From an uncultured Leptospira sp. (lineage in GTDB: Bacteria > Spirochaetota > UBA4802 > JAGODF01): a stretch of DNA of 64,000 nucleotides. Positions 1-8,941 of the stretch are shown here, piece after piece. Under the pieces are notes generated by a model. It searched no databases. It saw nothing but the letters and a program-made list of their open reading frames with translations, and was not told the origin of the DNA. Location: positions 442 to 64,441 of the forward strand of contig CAZCYH010000020.1 in assembly GCA_964502925.1 (NCBI GenBank). Direction: 5' to 3'. Each line of letters starts with the position of its first letter. Positions within the stretch are counted from its first letter, which is position 1. The translations under genes and the position numbers were made by a program.

Positions 1-525
1 CGGGAGATGCAGAGGATGGATGCCGCGAAGCTTGCGGGCATTGCGGGCATAGATGAGGGCTATCTCCGTGATATTGAAGAATTAAAGGTATTTCCCGACC
101 TTGGGACTATCATACGCCTCTCCAAGGCGCTCAAGATATCCACCGGTTTTATGTTCGATGCCGATTCCGGATACAGCTATTCGATCGTGCGAAGTGAAGA
201 CCGCAGGCGCATCGACAGGGCGGTGTCGGGACGCAGGGAGAAGCCGGAATATGAATATGTTTCGCTTTCCATGGGCGTCACTTCGCGCCACATGGAATCG
301 TTCATCGTCACGCTGAAGGGCAATGAATACGGTGACGAACCCTCGACGCACGAAGGGGAAGAATTCCTCTATGTTCTTGAAGGTTCGTTGACGATTAAAC
401 TCGGCAGGAAAGAAGAAACGCTGAAAGAAGGCGACAGTATTTTCTATCTTTCAACTGTGCCGCATGCGCTCAAAAACAGCGGAGATGTCAACGCCGTCAT
501 CCTTGCGGTGGTGTATACCGGCTGA
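1..525 (+). CDS. XRE-family HTH regulator with C-terminal cupin domain (5' end probably outside window)
   Basis: ORF 7..525 is open back to base 1. HTH recognition helix-like segment (GTIIRLSKALKIS) is followed by a cupin_2 signature (GEEFLYVLEGSL...GDSIFY...PHAL). Confidence 0.6.
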   Translation, partial: REMQRMDAAKLAGIAGIDEGYLRDIEELKVFPDLGTIIRLSKALKISTGFMFDADSGYSYSIVRSEDRRRIDRAVSGRREKPEYEYVSLSMGVTSRHMESFIVTLKGNEYGDEPSTHEGEEFLYVLEGSLTIKLGRKEETLKEGDSIFYLSTVPHALKNSGDVNAVILAVVYTG

Positions 526-621
526 TTTGAAATTGCCGACTACGATGGCAATCTCATGGTGGTACACATATCAAGGCTCCACACATCGAGGGAAGCCCAA
601 CTTTCTGGATATTGATACGCG

Positions 622-1185
622 CTACTTTTTCACGCGCTCCATGTACTCGCCCGTCTCAGTGTTCACCTTGATGTAATCGCCCTCGTTGATGAAGAGCGGG
701 ACCTTCACCTCGGCGCCGGTCTCTACCTTCACGGGTTTAGTGACATTGGTAGCGGTATCTCCCTTCACGCCGGGCTCGGCATAGGTGACCTTGAGAATCA
801 CAGTCGCCGGAGGGGTCACGGTGATGGGAACCCCCTCATATATGGCTATCTCGCAGATGTCCTCCGGTTTCATAAAATGTACCGCATCGCCTACCAGCTC
901 CTTGGCAATCGACTCCTGTTCATAGGTCTCGGTGTCCATGAAGACCAGATGGTCGCCCTCATCGTACAGGTACTGCATGGGTCGGTGCTCCAGCCTCACG
1001 TCTTCAACCTTCTCCTCCGGTCGGAAGGTCACATCCTTGACATTGCCCTTGATGACGTTGCGAAGCTTGGTCCTGACTATCGCGCCGCCCTTTCCGGGCT
1101 TGTGATGATTCTGCTCAACCACCGCCCACAGCTCGCCGTCGAGCTTGAAGACGACCCCTCGCCTGAGATCCTTTGTTGTTATCAT
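622..1185 (-). CDS. efp: elongation factor P
   Basis: The 186-aa product MITTKDLRRGVVFKLDGELW...KPGKGGAIVRTKLRN is a canonical EF-P with the KPGKG loop. Trimmed from the longer ORF 622..1257 to the ATG at 1185. Confidence 0.9.
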   Translation of the reverse strand: MITTKDLRRGVVFKLDGELWAVVEQNHHKPGKGGAIVRTKLRNVIKGNVKDVTFRPEEKVEDVRLEHRPMQYLYDEGDHLVFMDTETYEQESIAKELVGDAVHFMKPEDICEIAIYEGVPITVTPPATVILKVTYAEPGVKGDTATNVTKPVKVETGAEVKVPLFINEGDYIKVNTETGEYMERVKK

Positions 1186-1518
1186 CTGTTTACCTCTTCT
1201 TTCAGTATCGATTGGTGTCGTGAAATGGTATTGTCCGGTTCCTGGAATGCTGCCCATTCGGAGCCCTCACGACGGAAGCGGCAATAATGGTCATGTTTGC
1301 GGGGTAATTCGTACAGATCAAATATTTTATCAGAAAAAATGATTTTGTTTTATCAAGCTGCCATAAGAATATGGAGCGCGTGTGGATTCTTTTTTTATTT
1401 TAGTTGCCATTCTATCTTGACAGAAAGCCCCCGTCGCACTATTCAGGTCGAAAGCGGCACGAATTGCGGAGGAGTAGGAAACGCGCGGGCCGGAAAATTT
1501 TGCATAAGAGGTGCTAGT

Positions 1519-2205
1519 ATGAATATTCTCATATTCGGTCCCAATGGAAGCGGTAAAGGTACGCAGGGCGCGGTTGTTCAGAAGAAGTTCAATGTGGTCC
1601 ATGTAGAATCGGGTGTTATTTTCAGAGAGAACATAAAAAAGGGCACGGAAATCGGAATAAAAGCAAAGGAATACATCGATCGCGGAGAGCTGGTTCCCGA
1701 TAGCATCACCATTCCCATGATTATCAGCCGCCTTCAGGAAAGCGATTGTGCGAAAGGATGGCTTTTAGATGGCTTTCCCCGCAGCATAGAACAGGCAAAA
1801 GCATTGGATGAAGCGCTCGAGAAAGCTGGCATGAAGCTTGATTTCGTGATCGAAATCGTGCTTGACCGCGAAACCGCGAAAAACCGCATCATGGGCCGGA
1901 GGCTCTGTGCCAACGACAACAATCATCCCAACAATATATATATCGATGCCATTAAACCTGCTGAGAAAGACGGCAAGTTCGTATGCCGCGTGTGCGGCGG
2001 TGAGCTTTCCGCTCGTTCCGATGACCAGGATGAAACCGCAATCGGCAAGCGCCACGACATCTATTACGATACCAAAACCGGCACGCTTGCGGCGGTGAAT
2101 TATTTTAAGCAGGTTGCCGCGAAAAAGGGAATCAAAATCATTGAGCTCGACGGCAAACCCGGCGTGAAGGAAGTCACAGAAGAGCTTATGAAAAAAATCC
2201 AATAA
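1519..2205 (+). CDS. adk: adenylate kinase (long, zinc-LID type)
   Basis: P-loop GPNGSGKGTQ, a cysteine-containing LID (CANDNNH...CRVCGG), and an RBS-like AGAGGTG upstream of the ATG at 1519. ORF 1297..2205 trimmed to the conserved N-terminus. Confidence 0.9.
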   Translation: MNILIFGPNGSGKGTQGAVVQKKFNVVHVESGVIFRENIKKGTEIGIKAKEYIDRGELVPDSITIPMIISRLQESDCAKGWLLDGFPRSIEQAKALDEALEKAGMKLDFVIEIVLDRETAKNRIMGRRLCANDNNHPNNIYIDAIKPAEKDGKFVCRVCGGELSARSDDQDETAIGKRHDIYYDTKTGTLAAVNYFKQVAAKKGIKIIELDGKPGVKEVTEELMKKIQ

Positions 2206-2251
2206 TTTATCAGCGCGTCAAATATCTCTCAAACATCGTGGAGAACATGCA

Positions 2252-2285
2252 ACGCCCGCAGCAGTATCTGGCTGCGGGCGTTTGA
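2252..2285. terminator. putative bidirectional rho-independent terminator between adk and the convergent PPC gene
   Basis: Inverted repeat CGCCCGCAGC..GCTGCGGGCG followed by TTTGATTG. Confidence 0.4.
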
Positions 2286-2314
2286 TTGTGCGGTCTCTTG
2301 TTGATAATGCAGTG

Positions 2315-3079
2315 TTATTTCTCTTCGCGCACCAGAATTCTGTAGCTTCCTCCGGTAGTATTATGCCCTTTCATTGCGACGTGAAATCTGCCCTTGGGAA
2401 GGTGCATGCTGATGCCCGATGATGGTTCCGAGCCGGTATTGAAATCATTTCCGATTACTTTGCCCGATTCCATTTTCAGGTCGATGTATGGCGCGAAATT
2501 CGATTGGCCTAGGCGTTTGCCGGTGATGGTATAAAGGCCCTCTTTCTTTACGTCGAAAAGGTACATCTTCATTTCTCCGGATTTCAATGAATCCTTCACC
2601 GCCTGACCGGGAGTGATATCGCTGATGATAATTTCGCCGGCGATGAGTTTGTACGCGCCCGATGAACCGCTATAAGTTCCGACCGTTACGATGTATTTCC
2701 CGGCTTTCAATTACCGCATGATTTTTGCGTTTCTGTTGCCTCCGCCGTCATCATCGCTTTGAACGAGCATACCGTTTGCGTCATACAGCCAGAGAAATGC
2801 GTCGGGTGAAGAGTTGCCGTCTTTTGTGTGGTCGATGCTCACATACGTGTCCTTTTCAATAAACTGGCCGTTGCTGCCTAAACGATCCATGTGCGGTCGT
2901 ATTGGGGTGGCGCCGGTGCACTTGCCGATGAAAGAGATATTTGTTTCCTTTGCGAGCGTAAAAAGATACAGTTTTATTTCATTATCGGCGAGCGCGTCGC
3001 TCAAAGTCTGGTTCAAACCGATGCTTTTAGCTTCAATCGTCCTCACCAACCATTTATAAGGATGTTCCCTTGTGGGCAC
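2315..3079 (-). pseudogene. tandem pre-peptidase C-terminal (PPC)-like domain protein interrupted by an in-frame TAA
   Basis: ORFs 2711..3079 and 2315..2710 are contiguous in the same frame and separated only by a TAA at 2711-2713. Joined, they give two PPC-like repeats (LWLYDANGMLVQSDDDGGGN ... AGKYIVTVGTYSGSSGAYKL ; MYLFDVKKEGLYTITGKR...GSYRILV). The N-terminal 13 codons lie inside intergenic repeat copy A, so the true start is uncertain. Confidence 0.5.
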
Positions 3080-3155
3080 AGTATATGGGTAAAAACCGCT
3101 TTCTTTGATGCTAATTTTAAGGATTAAAGCGGTTTTGAGAGGTGCCCATAATAGT
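3047..3155 (+). repeat. intergenic nested-hairpin repeat, copy A
   Basis: Shares AACCATTT.TAAGGATGTTCCCTTGTGGGCACAGTATAT..AAAACCGCTTTC-loop-GAAAGCGGTTTT.AGAGGTGCCCAT with copies at 5085..5195 and 20717..20838. Confidence 0.75.
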
Positions 3156-3314
3156 TGCCAGCTGTTGTGTGTATGCGTTTAGAAGGCAATAATTGATGAA
3201 AGTTCAAAGGCGTCATTGCCGAAATGTATAGTATGTAAAGGTGGCCGGCATTTTGTTTAAAATCCGTGAAGTGAATGCAAAACGGGTGATGATACAACAG
3301 CAAAGAGGATATAT

Positions 3315-3710
3315 ATGGCACAGCGAATTTTGCAGTATGGAAACAATGAAAAAATAATAAAATCCGGAACGCTCGAGCAGCGCATGTACATAATTCTTGA
3401 GGGGAAGGTGTCCATCACGCTTTCGGACGGAAGCAATACCATGCAGGTTGCGGAACTCGGGAAAGGGGATTTTTTCGGAGAGATATCGCTTTTTACCAAC
3501 ACGCCCCGGAGCGCGAACGTCATTGCGGTTGGGGATGTGAAGCTCGCCTATATTGATAAAGTTGAAGAATTAAAGGCGTTTTTAATGCGCAATCCCGCCT
3601 TCGCAGCGAAGATGGTGCAGATACTCTGCAAAAGGCTTGCCGAGACCGATAAGCTGCTCATTGGCAAAATAAGTGAGCTGAACAGAATCAAACTCATGCG
3701 CGACATATAA
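3315..3710 (+). CDS. cyclic nucleotide-binding domain protein (stand-alone cNMP-binding)
   Basis: GEISLF...RSANVIA motif of the CAP/cNMP-binding fold. RBS AAGAGGA before the ATG at 3315. Confidence 0.8.
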   Translation: MAQRILQYGNNEKIIKSGTLEQRMYIILEGKVSITLSDGSNTMQVAELGKGDFFGEISLFTNTPRSANVIAVGDVKLAYIDKVEELKAFLMRNPAFAAKMVQILCKRLAETDKLLIGKISELNRIKLMRDI

Positions 3711-4976
3711 TTATATGCGGTGATGCTTGTGGTAGTACATCGCCATATCAGCACGGGCGATAAGCGTTTCGATGTCGTCATTTCCCTCGGGGCTTATCGA
3801 AGCACAACCCCAGGACATGCCCAGTTCTGTTTTCAAAATTGCTTCTGAATTAGTTTCTTTGATTGCCTCGGTCAAGCGCTTCCCAATATTTTCCCCGCAT
3901 CCTTCTTTCGCGTTTATCATCAGCACGGCGAATTCATCGCCGCCCCAGCGCGAGATGATGTCGGTGGTGCGAAATGTTTTGCGCAAAATTCCCGAGGCAA
4001 GTATGAGCGCCTTGTCGCCTTCTGGATGTCCAAACTGGTCGTTAATTTTTTTCATATTGTTAAGGTCGATGAAAAAGAGAACAAGATTCTCTTTGTTTCT
4101 TTTTGCCAGACTCATCTGCTGTTCGGCAAGCTTGATAAAACCACGCCGGTTGTAGAGTCCGGTGAGCTGATCCACCATTGATAGCTCGCGCAGGGTGTTT
4201 TCATAGAGGGTGCGCGCGGTGATGTCCTGCACCTGAACAAGATATCCGTAAATGCCGTTGCCATTTGTCCGAAGCGGGGTGATGAGGACGTCCAGGTGAA
4301 TGATGCCGCTTTTTGATGTCTGGTAGAGGTTGAGAGATCGGATCAAACCGAAATCAAACGGCGCTTCATAGCGGACGGTTTCACCGTTTCGCAATTTTTC
4401 TTTGAATTCATCCGAAACATTTGGATCCTCAAATAATTTGAAACCGCGGACTTCATCGGCCGAACTTACGCCGAAAATATCCAGACACGCGCGATTCACA
4501 TCCAGAAGCGAACCATTTTCGTCATACAATTCAATGCCTATCGGAGAGGACTCGTAGATGAGCCGGAATTTCTCCTCGCTTTCAACAAGTGCCTTTTCGA
4601 GGCTATGCCGCTTGAGAGCAGATTCCACATTTATAATGAGCTCGTGCGCGTTCACCGGTTTTGAAAGAAAGCCGTAGCAGTGAGCGTTTTGGAGCCGTGT
4701 GCGAAGCGATGTGTCGGATGAGGCAGTGATGAAAATAACTGGAATGTGCATTTCAGTGCGAAGGCTGTGTTCAAGATCGATGCCGTCGCACGCATCATCA
4801 TCGAGCATAATATCCACTAATGCGATGTCGGGTTTTGTTTCCCGTGCCACGCGTTCGCCGTCCTTGCAATTTGTTGCAATCCCTGTCACAAGGTAGCCTG
4901 CGTCTTCGAGCATCTTCGATAAGATTTGCGCGATAACGCTATCGTCTTCAACGATGAGTACTTTAGCTGGTTTCAT
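3711..4976 (-). CDS. response-regulator receiver - PAS - GGDEF diguanylate cyclase
   Basis: N-terminal REC domain (VLIVEDDSV...DIALVDIMLDD), central PAS domain, and C-terminal GGDEF domain with an intact active site (RWGGDEFAV). Confidence 0.85.
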   Translation of the reverse strand: MKPAKVLIVEDDSVIAQILSKMLEDAGYLVTGIATNCKDGERVARETKPDIALVDIMLDDDACDGIDLEHSLRTEMHIPVIFITASSDTSLRTRLQNAHCYGFLSKPVNAHELIINVESALKRHSLEKALVESEEKFRLIYESSPIGIELYDENGSLLDVNRACLDIFGVSSADEVRGFKLFEDPNVSDEFKEKLRNGETVRYEAPFDFGLIRSLNLYQTSKSGIIHLDVLITPLRTNGNGIYGYLVQVQDITARTLYENTLRELSMVDQLTGLYNRRGFIKLAEQQMSLAKRNKENLVLFFIDLNNMKKINDQFGHPEGDKALILASGILRKTFRTTDIISRWGGDEFAVLMINAKEGCGENIGKRLTEAIKETNSEAILKTELGMSWGCASISPEGNDDIETLIARADMAMYYHKHHRI

Positions 4977-5084
4977 AAGGGCAATTGCGAGATAAAATTG
5001 AAATTGTTAAATAATATATCAAGTCACATCAGAAAATCAATAATATTTTGAGAACATCCCGCTTTTTATTATAAGGGAACTTCT

Positions 5085-5195
5085 AAAAACCATTTTTATG
5101 GATCTTCCCTTTTGGGCACAATACATTAAGTAAAAACCGTTTTCTTTGATGCTAATTTTTAAGGATGAAAGCGGTTTTTAAAGGTGCCATAAAAT
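5085..5195 (+). repeat. intergenic nested-hairpin repeat, copy B
   Basis: GGGAACTTCTAAAAACCATTTTTATGGATCTTCCCTTTTGGGCACAATAC..AAAACCGTTTTC..GAAAGCGGTTTTTAAAGGTGCCAT. The loop sequence is identical to copy A. Confidence 0.75.
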
Positions 5196-5379
5196 TTTTC
5201 ATGACGCCAAAATGAAAAATGCGATGGAAATTGTGCTTTATGGCTTTGGGTTCGCATGTATTTTGTTTTTCAAAATGTACACGGAAAATTGACAAAGCTG
5301 GCAATATGTGTTGCATAATGTCATAGGTGCAGCTTCCGGTAAGATGCCTGTTGCAATTATAGAGGTATTTTTCTTGGTT

Positions 5380-5865
5380 TTAACGGGCGAATTCAGCAGC
5401 CAACAGCGCTGGATCGCTTGGCAATCCCCACCAGATGTGAAACACCGTCGCTTCTTCTATACATTTATCATAAATTGCACAGTTTTTGTAGGGATAAGAA
5501 TCCACTTCTTCGTCATATTCGCCCTTTTCGATGCGCTCTAACAAGCCCGGTAAATATGCAAGCACCGCAATGGCAATCACATGCGAAATCGACCTTCTAT
5601 AAAATCTCCGCATATCATTAAAATAATCATACTCCCTTTCCAGCATTTTCACCTTCACGCGGAATTTTGGTATTGGCATGCCATCTGCGTCGAATCGCTT
5701 CTGGTATTCAATTCTACCATGTTCTCTCTCGTGTTTTGAATGATGCCGCATTGCGTGGCGCATCACCGCGATGATGAGGTCAATCATCGTCCAGCCCGTG
5801 CGCTTCTCGGCGTCTTTAAGGAGCAATAACACCTCTGTTGTCATCATGTAAGTTGTTTTTATCAT
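5380..5865 (-). CDS. 161-aa multi-copy family protein, copy 1 (function unknown; possibly a Leptospira-type paralogous DUF)
   Basis: MIKTTYMMTTEVLLLLKDAEKRTGWTMIDL...HIWWGLPSDPALLAAEFAR. Near-identical paralogs lie at 48124..48609 and 61432..61917, and a truncated copy at 25856..26089. Confidence 0.75.
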   Translation of the reverse strand: MIKTTYMMTTEVLLLLKDAEKRTGWTMIDLIIAVMRHAMRHHSKHEREHGRIEYQKRFDADGMPIPKFRVKVKMLEREYDYFNDMRRFYRRSISHVIAIAVLAYLPGLLERIEKGEYDEEVDSYPYKNCAIYDKCIEEATVFHIWWGLPSDPALLAAEFAR

Positions 5866-6074
5866 GGCACGACCTCCACAAAGTAAAATGGAAATTCTAT
5901 ATGCAGTAAAAACAACAATACAAATGTATAGTGATTATTGCAAGTAAAAATTATAGCAATTCTAAAAAATATCGAATAAACAATAAATCGGGAATAGCGT
6001 TATGTAATTACATATGTAAAGATAATAATTGCTGTTTTTTTTTGGATTCAAGAGGGCTATTGTATAGTGGCTGG

Positions 6075-7067
6075 TCAAATCATTGTTTTTTTCAGGTATT
6101 CTTCCGAAATGCGATAATCCGGCAGTGATATTATTGCTTTTTCTGGTTTATGCTGCACAATTAATTTGTTGTTGTCATCAGGTTTCCCGTAGCGTGCAAT
6201 TGCCGCTGCGATTGTATTCATTGCGTCGCCATCGAGTGTTCCCCGCACAAAGGCGCAGGGCCCTTTAAACTGCGGCTCAAAGAAATAATCGGCTTCGCCT
6301 TTGTATTTCAAAAGCTCATTATACTCTTTTTCATTGCGCGCGATGATGCATTTTGCGCTGCTGCTCAGGCGGAAATGGCGTCCCACGGTGAGAAGATACA
6401 CATCCAGCATTGAATAATCGGGATGATAGTTAAGCAGATCGCGAACGCGCGCTGAGATTTTCACGTCGGTGAAAAGGCACCCCCCCGCCGGCGATTGGTA
6501 TTCCTTGATGCCAAACTGATGGGCAAGTTCCATCTGCCGGAAGCGTCCCCGTCCGGAAATGTCTAAAAGTTTTTCGCGATCGACTATTCCTGCTTTTTCA
6601 GCTTCGGTTGGTTCTAACTTCTTTGCGCACAGCGGGCGCAAAAGTTTTCCTTCAAGCCCGGTTTGCTTTTCTATATGCCGCATCATGTGCCGCATCTGCG
6701 ACATGGGGCGCTGGCCGATAACCTCTCCAGTGGCAACAAATGAAGCGCCTTCTTCACCAAGCGCCTGTGCCGCGTACCTCAGAAAAAAAATCTTGCAGTC
6801 GATGCAGGGGTTCATCCGCTTCCCGTGTCCGTGAGGTGGGTTCTGTACCATCGCCATATAGTCTTTGCCAAGGCGTATGTGTTTGAGAGGAAGGCCGATT
6901 TGTTTTGCAAGTTTGGAAGGCGTGAGCGTTTCGGGATCTGCATCGGGTGCCACAAAGGGCAGAATGAAGTGATAGCCGACTACGTCGATGCCCTGTAGAA
7001 GAAGAAGCTTTCCCGCAAGGAGGCTGTCCAGCCCGCCGGAATACAGCAGAATGCCGCGCCTTTTCAC
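6075..7067 (-). CDS. PP-loop ATP pyrophosphatase, ThiI-like (tRNA sulfurtransferase C-terminal-domain family, no THUMP domain)
   Basis: PP-loop YSGGLDSLLA and a ThiI-like TGEVIGQRPMSQ motif. Conserved Cys present in NPCIDCK. Confidence 0.6.
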   Translation of the reverse strand: MKRRGILLYSGGLDSLLAGKLLLLQGIDVVGYHFILPFVAPDADPETLTPSKLAKQIGLPLKHIRLGKDYMAMVQNPPHGHGKRMNPCIDCKIFFLRYAAQALGEEGASFVATGEVIGQRPMSQMRHMMRHIEKQTGLEGKLLRPLCAKKLEPTEAEKAGIVDREKLLDISGRGRFRQMELAHQFGIKEYQSPAGGCLFTDVKISARVRDLLNYHPDYSMLDVYLLTVGRHFRLSSSAKCIIARNEKEYNELLKYKGEADYFFEPQFKGPCAFVRGTLDGDAMNTIAAAIARYGKPDDNNKLIVQHKPEKAIISLPDYRISEEYLKKTMI

Positions 7068-8317
7068 TCAATCTCCTCGTGATTGATAAGCTGAATGACG
7101 ACCTCTTCTCCCACTTCGAATACTTCCTTTTCGGCGGGAAGGATGATGAGGCAGTTTGCTTCATGCATTGAACGAAGAATTCCCGAACCTTGCGGGCCTG
7201 TCGTCGCAACGGATATCTCTTTCCCTTCGATTGAAAAAAAACCCCGCACAAAGTGCGTCCGCCCTTTTTTCTTTGTGATTTTCTCTCTGAGCGTGGCGCG
7301 TGCTTCCGGTTTTCGGATTTTTCGCGCACCCATGAGGGAAAGAATAGCGGGGCGCACAAACTGAATGAACGATACAAGCGAAGATACGGGATTTCCCGGA
7401 AGGCCGAAAAACAGTTTCTTTGCAACCGATGTGCTCGAGACGCCGAACACGCATGGCTTTCCAGGCTTCATTTTTACTGTCTCAAATATAATGTGCACGC
7501 CGAGTGTGGTAAGAACTTCTGGAATGAAATCGTATTCACCCATGGAAACCCCGCCGGTGGTGATGATAATATCACAGCGGCTTGCTTCTTGAAGAAGGCG
7601 TTCGGTATCTTCTCTGGAATCTCTCGCAATGCCGAGATAATGAGGTGTTCCTCCGTATTTGAGTACCTCGCCGTAAAGCGCGTACGCGTTGCTGTTGCGA
7701 ATATGTCCCGGCAAAAGCTCCGTGCCCGGTTCGGACAATTCATCGCCCGTAGCAATGATTGCGATGTCAGGCTTTTTGAATACTTCAACACGTGGGATGT
7801 TGAGCGAGGCTAAAATTCCCATCACTGCAGGCGTAATGCGTTCACCTCTGCGCAGCACTTTCATTCCACGGCGGATATCTTCTCCCGCGCGGCGGATGTT
7901 CGCGCCAGGCGTTGCAGGGCACAAGAAGCTGACCATGCCGCTCGTTTCAACTGTGTCTTCCACCGGTACTACCGTATCGGCGCCGGAGGGGAGCATAGCA
8001 CCGGTCATGATGCGAATTGCGCTTTCCGATGAAACTTCCGTGCCTCGATCGCCTGCTTTTGCTTCGCCGGAGATGGGAAGCAAAACCGGTTTTTCTTTTG
8101 ATGCATCGCGAATTGCCGAGGCGACCAACGCGTAGCCATCCATTGCGGAATTGTCAAAGGGCGGGATGTCAACATCTGAAATGATGTCATGCGCTATAAA
8201 ACGAAATGCCGCCTCCAGAAGTGGCACGGTTTCGATCTCCATCAAAAAGGACTGTTCGAGCACCAGCGCAACCGCTTCGTCCGGAGAAATCATTGGGGTT
8301 TTGTCTTTTTTTGCCAT
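7064..8317 (-). CDS. moeA: molybdopterin molybdenumtransferase MoeA
   Basis: 417 aa with the MoeA domain order and motifs (PPFDNSAMDGYA...GGVSMGEYD). Overlaps the downstream gene by 4 nt. Confidence 0.85.
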   Translation of the reverse strand: MAKKDKTPMISPDEAVALVLEQSFLMEIETVPLLEAAFRFIAHDIISDVDIPPFDNSAMDGYALVASAIRDASKEKPVLLPISGEAKAGDRGTEVSSESAIRIMTGAMLPSGADTVVPVEDTVETSGMVSFLCPATPGANIRRAGEDIRRGMKVLRRGERITPAVMGILASLNIPRVEVFKKPDIAIIATGDELSEPGTELLPGHIRNSNAYALYGEVLKYGGTPHYLGIARDSREDTERLLQEASRCDIIITTGGVSMGEYDFIPEVLTTLGVHIIFETVKMKPGKPCVFGVSSTSVAKKLFFGLPGNPVSSLVSFIQFVRPAILSLMGARKIRKPEARATLREKITKKKGRTHFVRGFFSIEGKEISVATTGPQGSGILRSMHEANCLIILPAEKEVFEVGEEVVIQLINHEEIE

Positions 8318-8368
8318 GGAGACTGTGTTGTGATGTGTGCCAGGAAATGCAAGAATTTTTCTGAAGTT

Positions 8369-8911
8369 TTAATCTGTATTATACTCATGCAGATTTTCTT
8401 TTAGAAGCGAAGAAATGCGGCGCAGTATTTTTCTCATCTGGAATTCGGAGATCCCAAAATCAGTGGTAATATCTTTAATGTGATGCTTCAGAATGTGATA
8501 TCGGAGATATATTGCGCGCTCATCGGGGTGCAACTTTTCGATGGTGTCGCATAGTGTTGATATCACTTCACCCTCAATATAGATATCCTCCAGGCTTGGG
8601 GTGGGGTATAGATCGGGATCGAGTGTTTCGAAATTCACGTTCAGCACGTTGACGTTTTCAAATTCGGTGCTCCGAAAATAATCTTTCACGAGATTTTTTG
8701 CTGCAGTAATAAGATATCCCTTTGTCCGTTCTCCGTACGGGTCGATTTCTAATCCATTGCGATGTAATTTCAAAAAAAGATCGTGCAGGATTTCTTCAGC
8801 GATATGCGGATTTTGAATCTTTTTCTCGATTATTTTCAGAAGCGTGCTTCCGTAGCGGGTGTAGCATTCCGCAACCCGATTGCCGTTCGATTTTTTATTT
8901 TTGGAGTACAT
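8369..8911 (-). CDS. ECF-type RNA polymerase sigma-70 family factor
   Basis: Sigma region-2-like (YLITAAKNLVKDYFR) and region-4-like (ITTDFGISEFQMRKILRR) segments. Confidence 0.65.
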   Translation of the reverse strand: MYSKNKKSNGNRVAECYTRYGSTLLKIIEKKIQNPHIAEEILHDLFLKLHRNGLEIDPYGERTKGYLITAAKNLVKDYFRSTEFENVNVLNVNFETLDPDLYPTPSLEDIYIEGEVISTLCDTIEKLHPDERAIYLRYHILKHHIKDITTDFGISEFQMRKILRRISSLLKENLHEYNTD

Positions 8912-8941
8912 GGCGAAGAATTACGCTGGCGGTTCCGTCGG

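Noticed and set aside
6754-7425. Long ORFs antisense to real genes (for example 6754..7425, 12590..13249, 17742..18665, 19799..20623, 48986..49750, 49845..50417, 62243..63184, 62800..63549)
   Set aside because: Each lies entirely inside a well-supported gene on the opposite strand (moeA/ThiI-like, atpA, purL, purQ, HAD, aroF, MATE). Their translations are Arg/Ser/Cys-rich and low in complexity, and they show no motifs, as expected for shadow ORFs.
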